From positions 15,210 through 79,209 of the forward strand of contig JACQSK010000012.1 in NCBI GenBank assembly GCA_016205975.1: 64,000 nucleotides of DNA. The letters are read 5' to 3'. Below, one piece after another: positions 19,883 to 29,738 of the stretch. Both the position numbers and the translations under genes were made by a program. Origin of the DNA: Candidatus Uhrbacteria bacterium. Its GTDB lineage: Bacteria > Patescibacteriota > Patescibacteriia > UBA9934 > GWF2-40-263. Every line of letters starts with the position of its first letter. Position 1 is the stretch's first letter. The notes beneath the pieces were generated by a model, which was not told the origin of the DNA, did not search any database, and saw only the letters and a program-made list of their open reading frames with translations.

Positions 19883-20764
19883 TCATGGCGTTGTTTGCTC
19901 GACGGCGTAGTCGATGATGGCGCCGGCGATGTCTTTTCCTGTCACGCGCTCCAGCTCCTTGAACCCGGGGTTTGAGTTGGCCTCCAGGATCAACGGTCCG
20001 CGCGCGGAGCGGATGATGTCCACGCCGGCGATCTCGAGATCAAAAAGGGTTGCGGCGCGCACGGCGAGATCCTGTTCCTCCGGCGTGAGAATGACGGGCG
20101 ATCCGGTTCCGCCGTTGGACGTGTTGGCGCGCACGTCGCCCGCGGGTGCCGTTCGTTCCATGGCTGAGAGGATGCGTCCGCCCAAGACAAAGACGCGCAC
20201 GTCCTTGCGCTGTGCTTCCTCAATGAACTCCTCGACGATGACGGGATTGCGATCTCGGATCGCGAGGTACTCGGCGATCGGTTGGAGCGTTTCCGCGTTT
20301 GGCGCGAAGAAAATGCCTTTCCCATGCGTGCCAAACACGACTTTCAGGACGACGGGGAAACCGATGTCTTGCGCGGCTTTGAGAATATCCTCGCTGCGAC
20401 GGCACACGCCCCAGCGCGGACACGGCAGGCCTTGCTCAGCAAAAAGGACATGCTGGGTGATTTTATTTTTTGCCCACGCGGAACTCGGCGCCGAGTTGAT
20501 CACGCGGTAGCCGGCGTTCGTGAGCATCTGCAATGCATAGGTACGCACGCTCGGCTCTTCGATAAAGTTTGGGCGAGAAATGATGATGTCCAGAGGAGGA
20601 AGCGGCCGCTGTTCATGCAGGATGCGTCCCTCGCAGAACGAAAGGAACGGCTCGTAGATTTTCACGAGCTCGTGCCCGCGTTCACGCGCGGCCATCTCAA
20701 ACCGTTCAGCACCGGTGTACTGTTCCTGCGAAGGGTCGGAGAAGATGAGCAGGCCGATGGTCAT
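19883..20764 (-). CDS. RimK-family ATP-grasp (alpha-L-glutamate) ligase
   Basis: KVVFGTHGKG, VEEFI, DVRVFVLGG, RANTSNGG, GVDII, EANSNPG. Confidence 0.9.
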   Translation of the reverse strand: MTIGLLIFSDPSQEQYTGAERFEMAARERGHELVKIYEPFLSFCEGRILHEQRPLPPLDIIISRPNFIEEPSVRTYALQMLTNAGYRVINSAPSSAWAKNKITQHVLFAEQGLPCPRWGVCRRSEDILKAAQDIGFPVVLKVVFGTHGKGIFFAPNAETLQPIAEYLAIRDRNPVIVEEFIEEAQRKDVRVFVLGGRILSAMERTAPAGDVRANTSNGGTGSPVILTPEEQDLAVRAATLFDLEIAGVDIIRSARGPLILEANSNPGFKELERVTGKDIAGAIIDYAVEQTTP

Positions 20765-20766
20765 AT

Positions 20767-21813
20767 TTATTTGCTCATGAACACACGCTCGGCGGCGGCG
20801 GGATGCACGGCATCGCGGCTGCACAGGCCGTCGTGCGGAAGTCCATCCGAGAGCATCTCGTCGAGAAGTTCGTGCACGGCCTGTGCACTGCCGGCCATAT
20901 GCAACCGCTCTTTGAACGGCCGCGCGCCCGACACGCCGCGGAAGTACCAGGAGAGATGTTTGCGGAACGTCGTCACGCCTTGCGCGCCGTACTGTTCCAG
21001 ATGGAAGGTGAGGTGCTGTTTGATCACGCGCACGCGCTCCTCAAGCGTCACCTGCGCGGGAGTCTGTCCCGCGAGGGCGTCGGCGATCTGCGAGAAGATC
21101 CATGGGTTCCCGAGCGCGCCGCGCGCGATCAAGACGCCGTCGGCGGCCGTCTGCCTGAGCGCCTGCACGGCAAGCGGCGCTGTATGCACGTCGCCGTTGG
21201 CAAGCAGGGGAATGGAGAGCGTCGATTTCAACTCGCCGATCAAATCCCAATCTGACTGTCCTGAGTAACCCTGCGTCTTGGTGCGGCCGTGGATCGTGAT
21301 CAGGTCCGCGCCCGCCTCCTCGATTACGCGCGCAAAAGCAAAACACTCTCGCGGATCATCCCAGCCCGCGCGGATTTTGATCGAGAGCGGCACGGTGGTC
21401 GCGGCTTTTATTTTTTGGATGATTTTCGTCGCGAGCGCGGGTTCCCGCATGAGCGCCGCGCCGTTGAAGTTGTGGACGATCTTGTACACGGGGCAGCCCA
21501 TGTTTACGTCAAACCCTTCGGGCCGATGTTCTGCCTCAAGGATACGCGCCGCTTCCGAGAGTGTGTCAGGGTCAGACCCGAAGAGCTGTTGTACGATCGG
21601 GCGTTCGTCCGGGTGGAGGTCCGTCATGGCGAGTGTTTTGTTGTTTTTGCGCACGACCGCTTCGGCCGAGACCATTTCGCGAAAAACAATAGGCCCTACA
21701 GGACCGATAGGATCTATTGTTCGGACTGATCGACAAAACGCGCTGTCCGTCATGTCGGCCATCGGCGAGAGCGCAATAATAGGGCGCGGCCATGCGCGCC
21801 AATCGAGTTTCAT
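20767..21813 (-). CDS. dusB: tRNA-dihydrouridine synthase
   Basis: LSPMADMTD, QLFGSD, DVNMGCP, TIHGRT, ANGDV, ARGALGNPWIF. Confidence 0.92.
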   Translation of the reverse strand: MKLDWRAWPRPIIALSPMADMTDSAFCRSVRTIDPIGPVGPIVFREMVSAEAVVRKNNKTLAMTDLHPDERPIVQQLFGSDPDTLSEAARILEAEHRPEGFDVNMGCPVYKIVHNFNGAALMREPALATKIIQKIKAATTVPLSIKIRAGWDDPRECFAFARVIEEAGADLITIHGRTKTQGYSGQSDWDLIGELKSTLSIPLLANGDVHTAPLAVQALRQTAADGVLIARGALGNPWIFSQIADALAGQTPAQVTLEERVRVIKQHLTFHLEQYGAQGVTTFRKHLSWYFRGVSGARPFKERLHMAGSAQAVHELLDEMLSDGLPHDGLCSRDAVHPAAAERVFMSK

Positions 21814-21867
21814 AACGAGGAGAGGATAGTCGCATCTTCGTTTCTTTTCAAGTATAATCTCAGCTGT

Positions 21868-22254
21868 ATGAATCATTCCAAATCCGCGTATTACTTGTAC
21901 GGCGCCGCGGCCCTGGTGGTCGTGGGCCTCATCGCGTTTGCCGCGACGCAGAAGGCCGCGCCGTCTCCCTATGACGGTTTTGCGCAGTGCCTGAGCCAGA
22001 GCGGCGCGAAAATGTACGGCGCCTGGTGGTGCCCGCATTGCCAGAGCCAGAAAAAAGTTTTCGGGAACGCGTTTAGCTATGTGAATTACGTCGAGTGTTC
22101 CAACCCCAATCGGACGATGCTCCAAGCCTGCAAAGACCTCGGCATCGAAGGGTATCCGACGTGGGAGTTTGGCGATGGGGCGCGTTTGGGAGGCGAGCAG
22201 AGCCTTGCGACGCTCTCAGCAAAATCCGGCTGCGAACTTTCGGCGGACGAATAG
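21868..22254 (+). CDS. Membrane-anchored thioredoxin-like protein (VKOR partner)
   Basis: MYGAWWCPHC and YVEC...GYPTW; adjacent to VKOR. Confidence 0.85.
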   Translation: MNHSKSAYYLYGAAALVVVGLIAFAATQKAAPSPYDGFAQCLSQSGAKMYGAWWCPHCQSQKKVFGNAFSYVNYVECSNPNRTMLQACKDLGIEGYPTWEFGDGARLGGEQSLATLSAKSGCELSADE

Positions 22255-22257
22255 CGT

Positions 22258-22698
22258 ATGATGAAGAAACGCCTGACGATTACGATTCTTGCGCTCGCGC
22301 TTGCGGGCATGGCGGTTTCGTTGTACTCGCTTTTGCACAACCAGGGTTTTGCCTCCGGCGAGTTTTGTACGATCGGTGAGGCGTTGAATTGCGACGTCGT
22401 GAACAAGGGGCCGTACTCGGTGATCTTCGGCATCCCCGTTTCACTAATCGGCGTCCTGGGCTACCTGTTTCTCGCCGCCGCCGCCGCCATCAAGCTCTCC
22501 CATCCGTCTGACAAGAGTCTCACCAAAGTGCTCTTCTTCGCCTGCCTGGGCGGCCTGCTGTTCAGTCTCTACCTGAGCGGGCTGGAAGCGTTCATCCTCA
22601 CGACCTGGTGCCTCTTGTGCCTCACCTCGCAGCTCCTCATTCTCCTCCTCTCACTTTTTACTTTTTGGCTTATGCGCCTTGAGCGCCAACCCCTATGA
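22258..22698 (+). CDS. Vitamin K epoxide reductase (VKOR) family protein
   Basis: Loop cysteines C-x7-C, FGIPVSLIG, WCLLC redox motif, 4 TM helices. Confidence 0.9.
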   Translation: MMKKRLTITILALALAGMAVSLYSLLHNQGFASGEFCTIGEALNCDVVNKGPYSVIFGIPVSLIGVLGYLFLAAAAAIKLSHPSDKSLTKVLFFACLGGLLFSLYLSGLEAFILTTWCLLCLTSQLLILLLSLFTFWLMRLERQPL

Positions 22699-22931
22699 CC
22701 GACACCAACTTTTCGTTCACTCCGGAAAACCTGTTTGAGGAAATTGTCGCGCGCGGCCGCGAGCAAGGCGTCAGCGACCAAGCCGCCTATGACGACATGG
22801 TTGAGGAGGTCATTGAGGCACATCGGGGCGTGGGAGAGATTCACACCGACGACGAGACCGAGGATTGGGAGGAACAGTTGCGCGGCCGGTTTGAGGAGTA
22901 CGTGTCGCTTCTTGGGGAGGCACAGCTATGA
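22695..22931 (+). CDS. Small acidic hypothetical protein
   Basis: 78 aa; ATGA overlap at the 5' end and overlap with the next start. Confidence 0.7.
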   Translation: MTDTNFSFTPENLFEEIVARGREQGVSDQAAYDDMVEEVIEAHRGVGEIHTDDETEDWEEQLRGRFEEYVSLLGEAQL

Positions 22932-24295
22932 AGCTTTCCTTCCATGGCGCCGCGCGCGAGGTGACCGGTTCCTGCCACCAGGTCAGCGTGCGGGACGCGC
23001 AGGGTGAGATGCATGAGCTCCTGTTTGACTGCGGGATGTTTCAGGGCGAGCACCTGTGCGGCAACAAAAATGCAGACGCGTTTGGATTTGATCCGTCCCG
23101 TATCGAAGCCGTCTTCATCTCGCATCCGCACGCGGACCACACGGGACGTTTGCCCAAGCTGGTTGCGGGCGGGTTCCACGGGCCCATCTACATGGTGGAG
23201 CCCTGCGTGGGCCTGTCCAAGCTCGTGCTGGAAGACGCGCATCACATCATGAAAGAGGAAGCGGATAAGTGCGGCAGCTCCGTCCTGTACGAGCTCGCGG
23301 ATCTCACGCGCGCGTTTGCGGCGGTCAAGCCGGTCAGCTACCACGAGCAGATCGACGTGGCGCCCGGCGTGAGCGTGATGTTCCACGAGGCAGGTCATGT
23401 GCTGGGCTCCTCCTACCTCTCTCTCGATGCGGAAGGGAAGCGCCTTGTCTATTCCGGCGACATCGGCAACGACCATGTGCCCATCTTGCCGGACACGGAG
23501 CCGCTCTCGCACGCGGATGTCGTCATCTGCGAGTCCACCTACGGCAACCGTGAGCACGAGCCCATCGAAGTGAGGACGTCCATGCTCAAGGAGGCGATCC
23601 AGCAAATCATCCACGACCGCGGCGTCCTGATGATTCCCGCTTTCTCGATCGAGCGCACGCAGGAGTTGCTCTACGAGATTGATCAGCTGCTCTTGCACGA
23701 GCTCAAGACGCACATCCCGATTTTTCTCGACAGCCCCATGGCCATCCGTGCCACGGAGCTCTATCGCCATTTCAAAAATTATTTGAAGTTCGATGCGCCC
23801 GTCTTGCCCCAGGGCGATCAGGATTTTTTCAGCTTTCCCAATTTGCGCGAGACGTTCACGCGGGAGGAATCCAAGCAGATCAACGACGCGACACCGCCCA
23901 TGATGATCATTGCGGGCTCTGGCATGATGTCGGGCGGGCGCATCATGCACCACCTGCGGCGCTACTTGCCAGATCACAAAAATCGCGTGCTCATCATCGG
24001 CTACCAAGCCAATGGCACGCTCGGCCGTCGCATTTACGAGGGCGCCAAGTCCGTGAAGATTTTCGGCGAGGAGATTCCGGTGCACGCGAGCGTGAGTGCG
24101 ATCGGCGCCTTCTCGGCCCACGGCGATAAAAATAAACTCACGCGTTGGCTCGCGCCCGCGGACGGCAAGGTTCCTTCGAAGATCTTTTTAGTGCACGGCG
24201 ACCCGGAAGCCAAGGAAGTGTTCGCCACGCACCTACGCCACGCACTGCGCACGGACGTCCTCATCCCAGAATACCAATCGACCCACGAGGTATGA
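22928..24295 (+). CDS. MBL-fold beta-CASP ribonuclease
   Basis: GAAREVTGS, DCGMFQG, HPHADHTG, AGHVLGS, ESTYG, FSAHGD, LVHGD. Confidence 0.92.
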   Translation: MKLSFHGAAREVTGSCHQVSVRDAQGEMHELLFDCGMFQGEHLCGNKNADAFGFDPSRIEAVFISHPHADHTGRLPKLVAGGFHGPIYMVEPCVGLSKLVLEDAHHIMKEEADKCGSSVLYELADLTRAFAAVKPVSYHEQIDVAPGVSVMFHEAGHVLGSSYLSLDAEGKRLVYSGDIGNDHVPILPDTEPLSHADVVICESTYGNREHEPIEVRTSMLKEAIQQIIHDRGVLMIPAFSIERTQELLYEIDQLLLHELKTHIPIFLDSPMAIRATELYRHFKNYLKFDAPVLPQGDQDFFSFPNLRETFTREESKQINDATPPMMIIAGSGMMSGGRIMHHLRRYLPDHKNRVLIIGYQANGTLGRRIYEGAKSVKIFGEEIPVHASVSAIGAFSAHGDKNKLTRWLAPADGKVPSKIFLVHGDPEAKEVFATHLRHALRTDVLIPEYQSTHEV

Positions 24296-24453
24296 TCAAT
24301 CAGCATACAGCCTCTGCGACCCTGCGCGCCGTCAGGAGGCTCACGAAAGCGTATGGCAAAGAGGTGAAGAATCAGACGCGACAGCTCTCTCAAGAAGTAG
24401 ATGCTATTTTGATTGAGGTCGCGCAAGAGCGGTTGAAGAAAAAAGACGTATGA
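24292..24453 (+). CDS. 53-aa hypothetical helical protein
   Basis: ATGA overlaps with both neighbours (MINQHTASATLRAV...KKKDV). Confidence 0.5.
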   Translation: MINQHTASATLRAVRRLTKAYGKEVKNQTRQLSQEVDAILIEVAQERLKKKDV

Positions 24454-25559
24454 GTGCGTTTGAGACCATGATCGAGACCGGCCCGCCACAGGGGAGACAG
24501 CGGGCTGCTGGGCAGGAGGCGCCAGAACATTTTATGTCCGTTGAGCAGTTGGAGGCAGAGGCGGGACGCATCGTAGACCTCGCGACGGCTCATGCACGGG
24601 ACATCCAGGCCCAGCAGGAAAAGCGACTCTTGGAGGAGTTGAAGCGCATGGAAGTACTCCCCGGCACGCGAACGTTTGATGGTGCCCTTGAGCGTTACAG
24701 AGGATCGAACACCTTCGAGTGGTTCCATCAGAAGTTCAACACTCTTGGCAAGTGGTTGGTGATGGTCGGCCTGTCCGCATCCGTCGAGCGCGCTATTCCC
24801 TCCAGTCCGGATCTCGGGACGATGGCGAACCGCGACGAGGCCGCGGAGCAGTTGAAAAAAACCGGGATTACGGCTGAACGCGAGCAGGCGTACATCCCAG
24901 GCGTGAGTGAGGCAGTGTATCGCGTTGTTGTGCCCTACGGCAGCATTGAGGACCTATCGGAGCTGCTGCGCGTGATGCCCGAGACGGCCTTGCACGGTCG
25001 GGAAGAAGTCACGTTCAGAACTCCGGAGGGAGAAGAGTGGACCGTCAAACAAAACGAGCAACCTGAACGCGAAGATGCTTTCCGATTGTTTTTGGGAATG
25101 CCGCAGAAGAACGATACGTTTGGTGTGTCGGAGTATCAGCCGCAAGGGAGCGACGACCTCTACTATTACCGGATCAATGGGTTCATCGAGACGTTAGCCG
25201 AGGAATATCCGGACAGCTACTCCAAGCCGATCAAGGTGATGGTGCAAGACATCGAGGCAACCGTGAGCGACAGAGAGAGACGTTGGCAAGACGACGACCT
25301 CTATGTGTATGAACCTCACCCGCATGACAAGAGATCCGTCATCGCTTCGGGAGATAAAATCATGGGTCACTTCACGCTTTCTCTGGGCCGGGACGAGAAG
25401 GGTGAGTATGTCTCGTATTACGACCGCTGGGATTTCGGACAGCCTGGCGAGAAGGGAGAGGGGCTCATGGCCTTGACGGAAGGCCTGGTCGGCAAGCCGT
25501 TTGAAATTTACGACCGTGTCTATTTCGACCGCGCGACCTGGGAAGTGCGGGAACCTTGA
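24450..25559 (+). CDS. Hypothetical protein
   Basis: 369-aa ORF; C-terminal GEYVSYYDRWDF...KPFEIYDRVYF block. Confidence 0.7.
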   Translation: MSAFETMIETGPPQGRQRAAGQEAPEHFMSVEQLEAEAGRIVDLATAHARDIQAQQEKRLLEELKRMEVLPGTRTFDGALERYRGSNTFEWFHQKFNTLGKWLVMVGLSASVERAIPSSPDLGTMANRDEAAEQLKKTGITAEREQAYIPGVSEAVYRVVVPYGSIEDLSELLRVMPETALHGREEVTFRTPEGEEWTVKQNEQPEREDAFRLFLGMPQKNDTFGVSEYQPQGSDDLYYYRINGFIETLAEEYPDSYSKPIKVMVQDIEATVSDRERRWQDDDLYVYEPHPHDKRSVIASGDKIMGHFTLSLGRDEKGEYVSYYDRWDFGQPGEKGEGLMALTEGLVGKPFEIYDRVYFDRATWEVREP

Positions 25560-25729
25560 CGCGTTGTTTGTGTTTACTTAAGGTGCGCTCTGAGCTTCCA
25601 TCTATCCTTCCGAGGAGGAGGCATTCGCTCCTAAGGAGTTTCCATGAGGCGAGGTATCTCTGGTATTTTTTTGTGAGACGCGTATCCCTTTGACGCATTC
25701 GGGCGACCATGTTATACCGTCACTAGCCT

Positions 25730-25806
25730 GGCACGTTAGCTCAGCGGTTCAGAGCGAAAGTCTCATAATCTTTAGGTCACCGGTTCAAATCCGGTACGTG
25801 CCACCA
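25730..25806 (+). tRNA. tRNA-Met(CAT), elongator type
   Basis: GGCACGT/ACGTGCC acceptor stem, CTCATAA loop, GGTTCAAATCC, CCA; no initiator features (no C1:A72, no three G-C pairs); Ile2 not fully excluded. Confidence 0.9.
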
Positions 25807-25878
25807 CTCTTCTTGGGGGACGCCATCACTGTGAGGCGTCCCCTTTTCACACCGTTCATTTCCACCCGAGGAGACAGC

Positions 25879-27552
25879 ATGTCTCGAGACATCTACGTCG
25901 GTTCTGCCTGGCCCTACGTCAACGGCCCTCTGCATCTGGGACACGTGGCCGCGCTTCTGCCCGCCGACGTGATCGCCCGCTACCATCGTCTGCTTGGCGA
26001 CCGCGTGCTGTGGACCTCTGGGTCCGACTGCCACGGCACGCCCATCACCGAGCGCGCGCGCAAGGAAGGCCGCGCTCCCGCCGACGTGGCGCGGGAGTAT
26101 CACAACGTCATCTCGCGCACGTTCGAACGGCTGGGGTTTTCCTACTCGCTCTACTGGGCGACGATGGAGCCCGAGCACGGAGAGCGCGTGCAGCAAAGCT
26201 TCCTCGCGCTGCACAAGCTGGGCCTCATTATCGAGGGCGACTACCAGCATGCGCGGTGCGCGCAATGTGCTGACAGCCGCACGGATCGCGAGATCACGGG
26301 AGAGTGCCCGCACTGCGGGGAGGGCGCGCGGGGCGACCAGTGCGACTCCTGCGGGGAAGTGCTGAACCCCAGCGACCTCAAGAACCCTGTGTGCTCCAAA
26401 TGCGCCGGCACCATCACCTTCGAGGTGACGCGCGAGCTCTTCTTCAACCTGCCGGCTCTGGAAAGCCGGTTGCGCGACTGGGTCGCCCTCAACGGACACT
26501 GGCGCGAGAATGCCAAGAGTTGGACCAAGGGTTGGCTCGACCAGGGCCTCAAGCCTCGCGCAATCACGCGCAAGATCAACTGGGGCATCCCCGTTCCGCT
26601 TCCCGGCTGGGAAGACCGGCGCATCTACGTCTGGTTCGAGGCCGTGCATGGGTATCTCACCGCCAGCCAGCAATGGGCGGCGGTGAAGAGCAAGCCCAGG
26701 CGGGACTGGCGTCCGTTCTGGTACGAGGGCAATCCCAAGCTCTTGAGCTACTACGTCATCGGCAAGGACAACATCCCGTTCCACACGCTCCTGTGGCCGG
26801 CGATTCTCATGGCCCTGGGCTACGAGCTTCCTTGGCAGATCGTTTCCAGCGAGTACCTCGTGTTCGAGGATCGCAAGCTCTCGACCTCCAAGGGATGGGT
26901 GCTGTGGGCTGACGACGCTCTCGATCGCTACGATCCGGATTTCCTCCGCTACTTCCTGCTCGCGCGCGGCCCCGAGCGGCGCGACACGAACTTCACCTGG
27001 GAGCGGTTCGTGACTGCCGTGAACAGCGAGCTGATCGACAACTACGGCAACTTGGTGCAACGCGTGATCGCGTTTGCGACCAAGCGCTTCGATGGCAAGG
27101 TGCCGCCGATGATCGGACTGGACGATCGGGATCAGCAGATGCTGGACCTGGTCGCCGAGACGTTCGTGAAGGTGGGCGAGGCGATCGAGAAGACCGAGCT
27201 CAAGCTGGGTATCGAGACGATCATGGATCTCGTGAAGGCGGCCAACCAGTACCTGAACGACTGCGCACCCTGGACGCAGATCAAGACCAACGCGCCGCGC
27301 GCGGGCGCGACCATCGCGGTGGCGCTGGACGTGATCGCCGCGCTGTCGATCCTGACCGAGCCGTTCTTGCCCTTCCAAGCCAAGCGCGTGCGCGACCTGC
27401 TCCCGCTTGTGCCCAAGGACTTCACTTGGTGGACGCCCTGGCTGGCAGCCGGCGCACCGCTGCGCGAAGTGGGCGTGCTCTTCCAGAAGATCGATCCTTC
27501 CGTGATCGAAGAGGAGCACGCACGGTTGGAGGCTCAGCTCAAGGGACTCTGA
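25879..27552 (+). CDS. metG: Methionine--tRNA ligase (double Zn-knuckle type, no C-terminal tRNA-binding appendix)
   Basis: WPYVNGPLHLGH, four CxxC, YVWFEA, GKDNIPFH, KLSTS. Confidence 0.97.
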   Translation: MSRDIYVGSAWPYVNGPLHLGHVAALLPADVIARYHRLLGDRVLWTSGSDCHGTPITERARKEGRAPADVAREYHNVISRTFERLGFSYSLYWATMEPEHGERVQQSFLALHKLGLIIEGDYQHARCAQCADSRTDREITGECPHCGEGARGDQCDSCGEVLNPSDLKNPVCSKCAGTITFEVTRELFFNLPALESRLRDWVALNGHWRENAKSWTKGWLDQGLKPRAITRKINWGIPVPLPGWEDRRIYVWFEAVHGYLTASQQWAAVKSKPRRDWRPFWYEGNPKLLSYYVIGKDNIPFHTLLWPAILMALGYELPWQIVSSEYLVFEDRKLSTSKGWVLWADDALDRYDPDFLRYFLLARGPERRDTNFTWERFVTAVNSELIDNYGNLVQRVIAFATKRFDGKVPPMIGLDDRDQQMLDLVAETFVKVGEAIEKTELKLGIETIMDLVKAANQYLNDCAPWTQIKTNAPRAGATIAVALDVIAALSILTEPFLPFQAKRVRDLLPLVPKDFTWWTPWLAAGAPLREVGVLFQKIDPSVIEEEHARLEAQLKGL

Positions 27553-27558
27553 AGACGT

Positions 27559-27586
27559 ACCGGACACCACGCGTGTCCGGTTTTTT
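27559..27586 (+). terminator. Intrinsic terminator after metG
   Basis: accggacac-cacgc-gtgtccggt followed by T tract. Confidence 0.75.
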
Positions 27587-27589
27587 CGC

Positions 27590-27783
27590 GGGATGAGGTC
27601 AGGGATGGGGTCAGGTCGCAGGGATGGGGTCAGGTCGGGAATCGGGAATTTTTCTGATAGCACCTGTGGTTATGCAGTATTTGTGATCGTTCAAGACTTT
27701 TCTATTCGCTATAGCCCTCTCAATGGCGGGAGCCAGGCTTGGCTGTCCATCATCAATAATTCCCGATTCCCGACCTGACCCCA
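27590..27783. repeat. REPIN/MITE-like element (family B) with 26-bp perfect inverted arms and tandem partial copies on the left
   Basis: tggggtcaggtcgggaatcgggaatt (27625-27650) and its exact reverse complement (27758-27783); gggatg(a/g)ggtca repeated 3 times at 27590-27632. Confidence 0.88.
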
Positions 27784-27820
27784 CATCTCCGACGGAACGA
27801 AAAAATCGCCCGGATGGCGA

Positions 27821-28183
27821 TTAGGCGTTGAGTAACTTTTTTATCCCCCGTGCGTCCTGGACCTCGTGGACGAGGACGACTGGCTCTTCCCAGGGGTGTG
27901 CTCGAAGCAGCGCGGTCACCACAGCCTCTAGGAGGTCATGCTGGCGCGGGACACTGAACTCAATCCGCACGGACGGCCCATCGGTGAGTCTTCCCACCGC
28001 GCCCAAGGTCGGATGTGCGCCTTCCTCGGTCAGAAAACGCTCCGTCCCTGGCGCGGACCGCCAGGAGACTTCCGCGTAGTCGCCGTAACGTAGGGGATCG
28101 ACGACCTTCACGGCCCTCAAAACCCCTTCGACCGATTCCGGCGGAACGAACGTGATCACGCGATACGCAGGAGTCAACTGCAT
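27821..28183 (-). CDS. NIF3/YqfO PII-like insertion-domain small protein
   Basis: VITFVP...YGDY..VSW..PG..RF...GAHPTLG..G...RIE...HPWEEP. Confidence 0.8.
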   Translation of the reverse strand: MQLTPAYRVITFVPPESVEGVLRAVKVVDPLRYGDYAEVSWRSAPGTERFLTEEGAHPTLGAVGRLTDGPSVRIEFSVPRQHDLLEAVVTALLRAHPWEEPVVLVHEVQDARGIKKLLNA

Positions 28184-28252
28184 GGATGCGAACCTCCATC
28201 CCTCTCTTACCAAACAGTGAGACAGTCGTCAAAAAAATCCCTGACGCCGGGG

Positions 28253-29584
28253 TCAGGGGTTCGTGAGCAGATGGGCGATCAGGGCGTCAATGCCGCCTTG
28301 CTCGAAGATCGCGAGCTTGACGTGCGCTGGCGAGGTTCGATCGTGCACGCGTGTCTTGAGCGGCGAGAGCAGGATCTCTTCGCCCAGACCGCGCCGTCGC
28401 AAGCCTTTTTCGCCAAGCGCGAGTACCTGTTGTGCACACTCGGCCATCTCGGGCGAGCGCAGGCCTTCCTTGAACGCGGTCGTCTGCAGGGCGCGCCAGG
28501 CCTGGTGCGATTGGCGCGCGCGGATGAACGCGAGCGTTGATTCGAGGTTTTCCACGAGGCCCAGGGCCAGGGCATCGGAGGCCACGGCGTCCAGGTTTTG
28601 GCAGCTGGGGCGCATCTCGATGGTGCCGTAGGGAACCCGCACGCGCGCCTGCCACCAGACGGTTGCCTCGTGGTTCAGGTACGCCTCGCGCTGAGCCGCC
28701 TGCGTGAGTCCCGCGCTCTCCCGTTCCCACCAGCTCTGAAACGAGGCGCCGGGATTCTCGACCGACTGGCCTTGCACGCGCACGATGAACGGCGTGGCGC
28801 ATAGGTACTGTGCAAGCTCTGCCAAGGAGGCGGGCGCCCGCTCGATGCGCGGTGTATCGACACACGGCGGGCCGCACAGGACGTTGTCCCAGTAGCCGTG
28901 TGCCAAGGTGAATCCGTCCCAGGCGCTCTGGCGCGCGGCCAGGATGCCGTTGGGATCGGGCGCTCCGTTCCAGATGGGCGAATTGGCGTTCAAGGCGATG
29001 AACACGGGGCAGAGGGCGAGGTACATCTCCAAGGCCGGGATCACTTCGTCTCGGGTCACGTCGATGTGCACCTGCGAGGACGCCGTGATCGTGTTCATGT
29101 GCACGGCGGGAGGGAACAAGCTGCGGAAGACGTCGCCGCGGCCCTTGGGCGCCCAGAGTTTTTCGGTAGGGGGCGTCCTGGGTTGGATGGCGTAGTCCCG
29201 CAGTCTGGTGAAACCGTGATTCGCCAGGCTCGCGTCCACGAAGCCGAGAATGTCCGCGCGCGCGCCGACATGGTCGAATAGGTTCCCCACGTGCGGGAAG
29301 CCGATCTCCAGCGTGCCGCGCCCGACGTCCATGCCCACTTCCAGATCTCCGCGACGTACGCCCACCAGCGCTCCGGTCACGGCGTCGCGCTTGGGCGAGA
29401 AGCCTTTGACCAAGAGGTCGTCGAAGATCGGCGTGATGTCCACGGCGTAGCCTTGTGCGTCTGTGACGATGAATTCCTCCTCGGGCCCCGCGTGGCGGGG
29501 GCGGAAGAGTTCTGTTGGGAACGCTCCTTCGATGAGGTGTTGGACGAACGCGTGAGCTGACGGTGCGTGATCGTTTGAATCCAC
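28253..29584 (-). CDS. Glutamate--cysteine ligase family 2 (GCS2) carboxylate-amine ligase
   Basis: GPEEEF, TASSQVHID, ALNANSP, YGTIEMRP motifs. Confidence 0.8.
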   Translation of the reverse strand: MDSNDHAPSAHAFVQHLIEGAFPTELFRPRHAGPEEEFIVTDAQGYAVDITPIFDDLLVKGFSPKRDAVTGALVGVRRGDLEVGMDVGRGTLEIGFPHVGNLFDHVGARADILGFVDASLANHGFTRLRDYAIQPRTPPTEKLWAPKGRGDVFRSLFPPAVHMNTITASSQVHIDVTRDEVIPALEMYLALCPVFIALNANSPIWNGAPDPNGILAARQSAWDGFTLAHGYWDNVLCGPPCVDTPRIERAPASLAELAQYLCATPFIVRVQGQSVENPGASFQSWWERESAGLTQAAQREAYLNHEATVWWQARVRVPYGTIEMRPSCQNLDAVASDALALGLVENLESTLAFIRARQSHQAWRALQTTAFKEGLRSPEMAECAQQVLALGEKGLRRRGLGEEILLSPLKTRVHDRTSPAHVKLAIFEQGGIDALIAHLLTNP

Positions 29585-29738
29585 GGGGTTCTCTCCATCT
29601 GTCCGGGGGTGAAGACGCGAGCGTCATTGTAGTGAGGGTTTGGATGGGTGTCAATGCTGCAGCTTGACACTTCTGCCACCCTTTATTACCCTTTGGCCAG
29701 TCCGGTATTCCGCCGGATACAACAGGCAAGGAGCTACG

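Noticed and set aside
25560-25680. Possible riboswitch or small RNA before the tRNA-Met promoter
   Set aside because: Only weak pairing and no recognisable consensus.
29590-29738. SAM riboswitch before metK or T-box before metG
   Set aside because: No SAM-I/II core or T-box consensus visible; the leaders are short.
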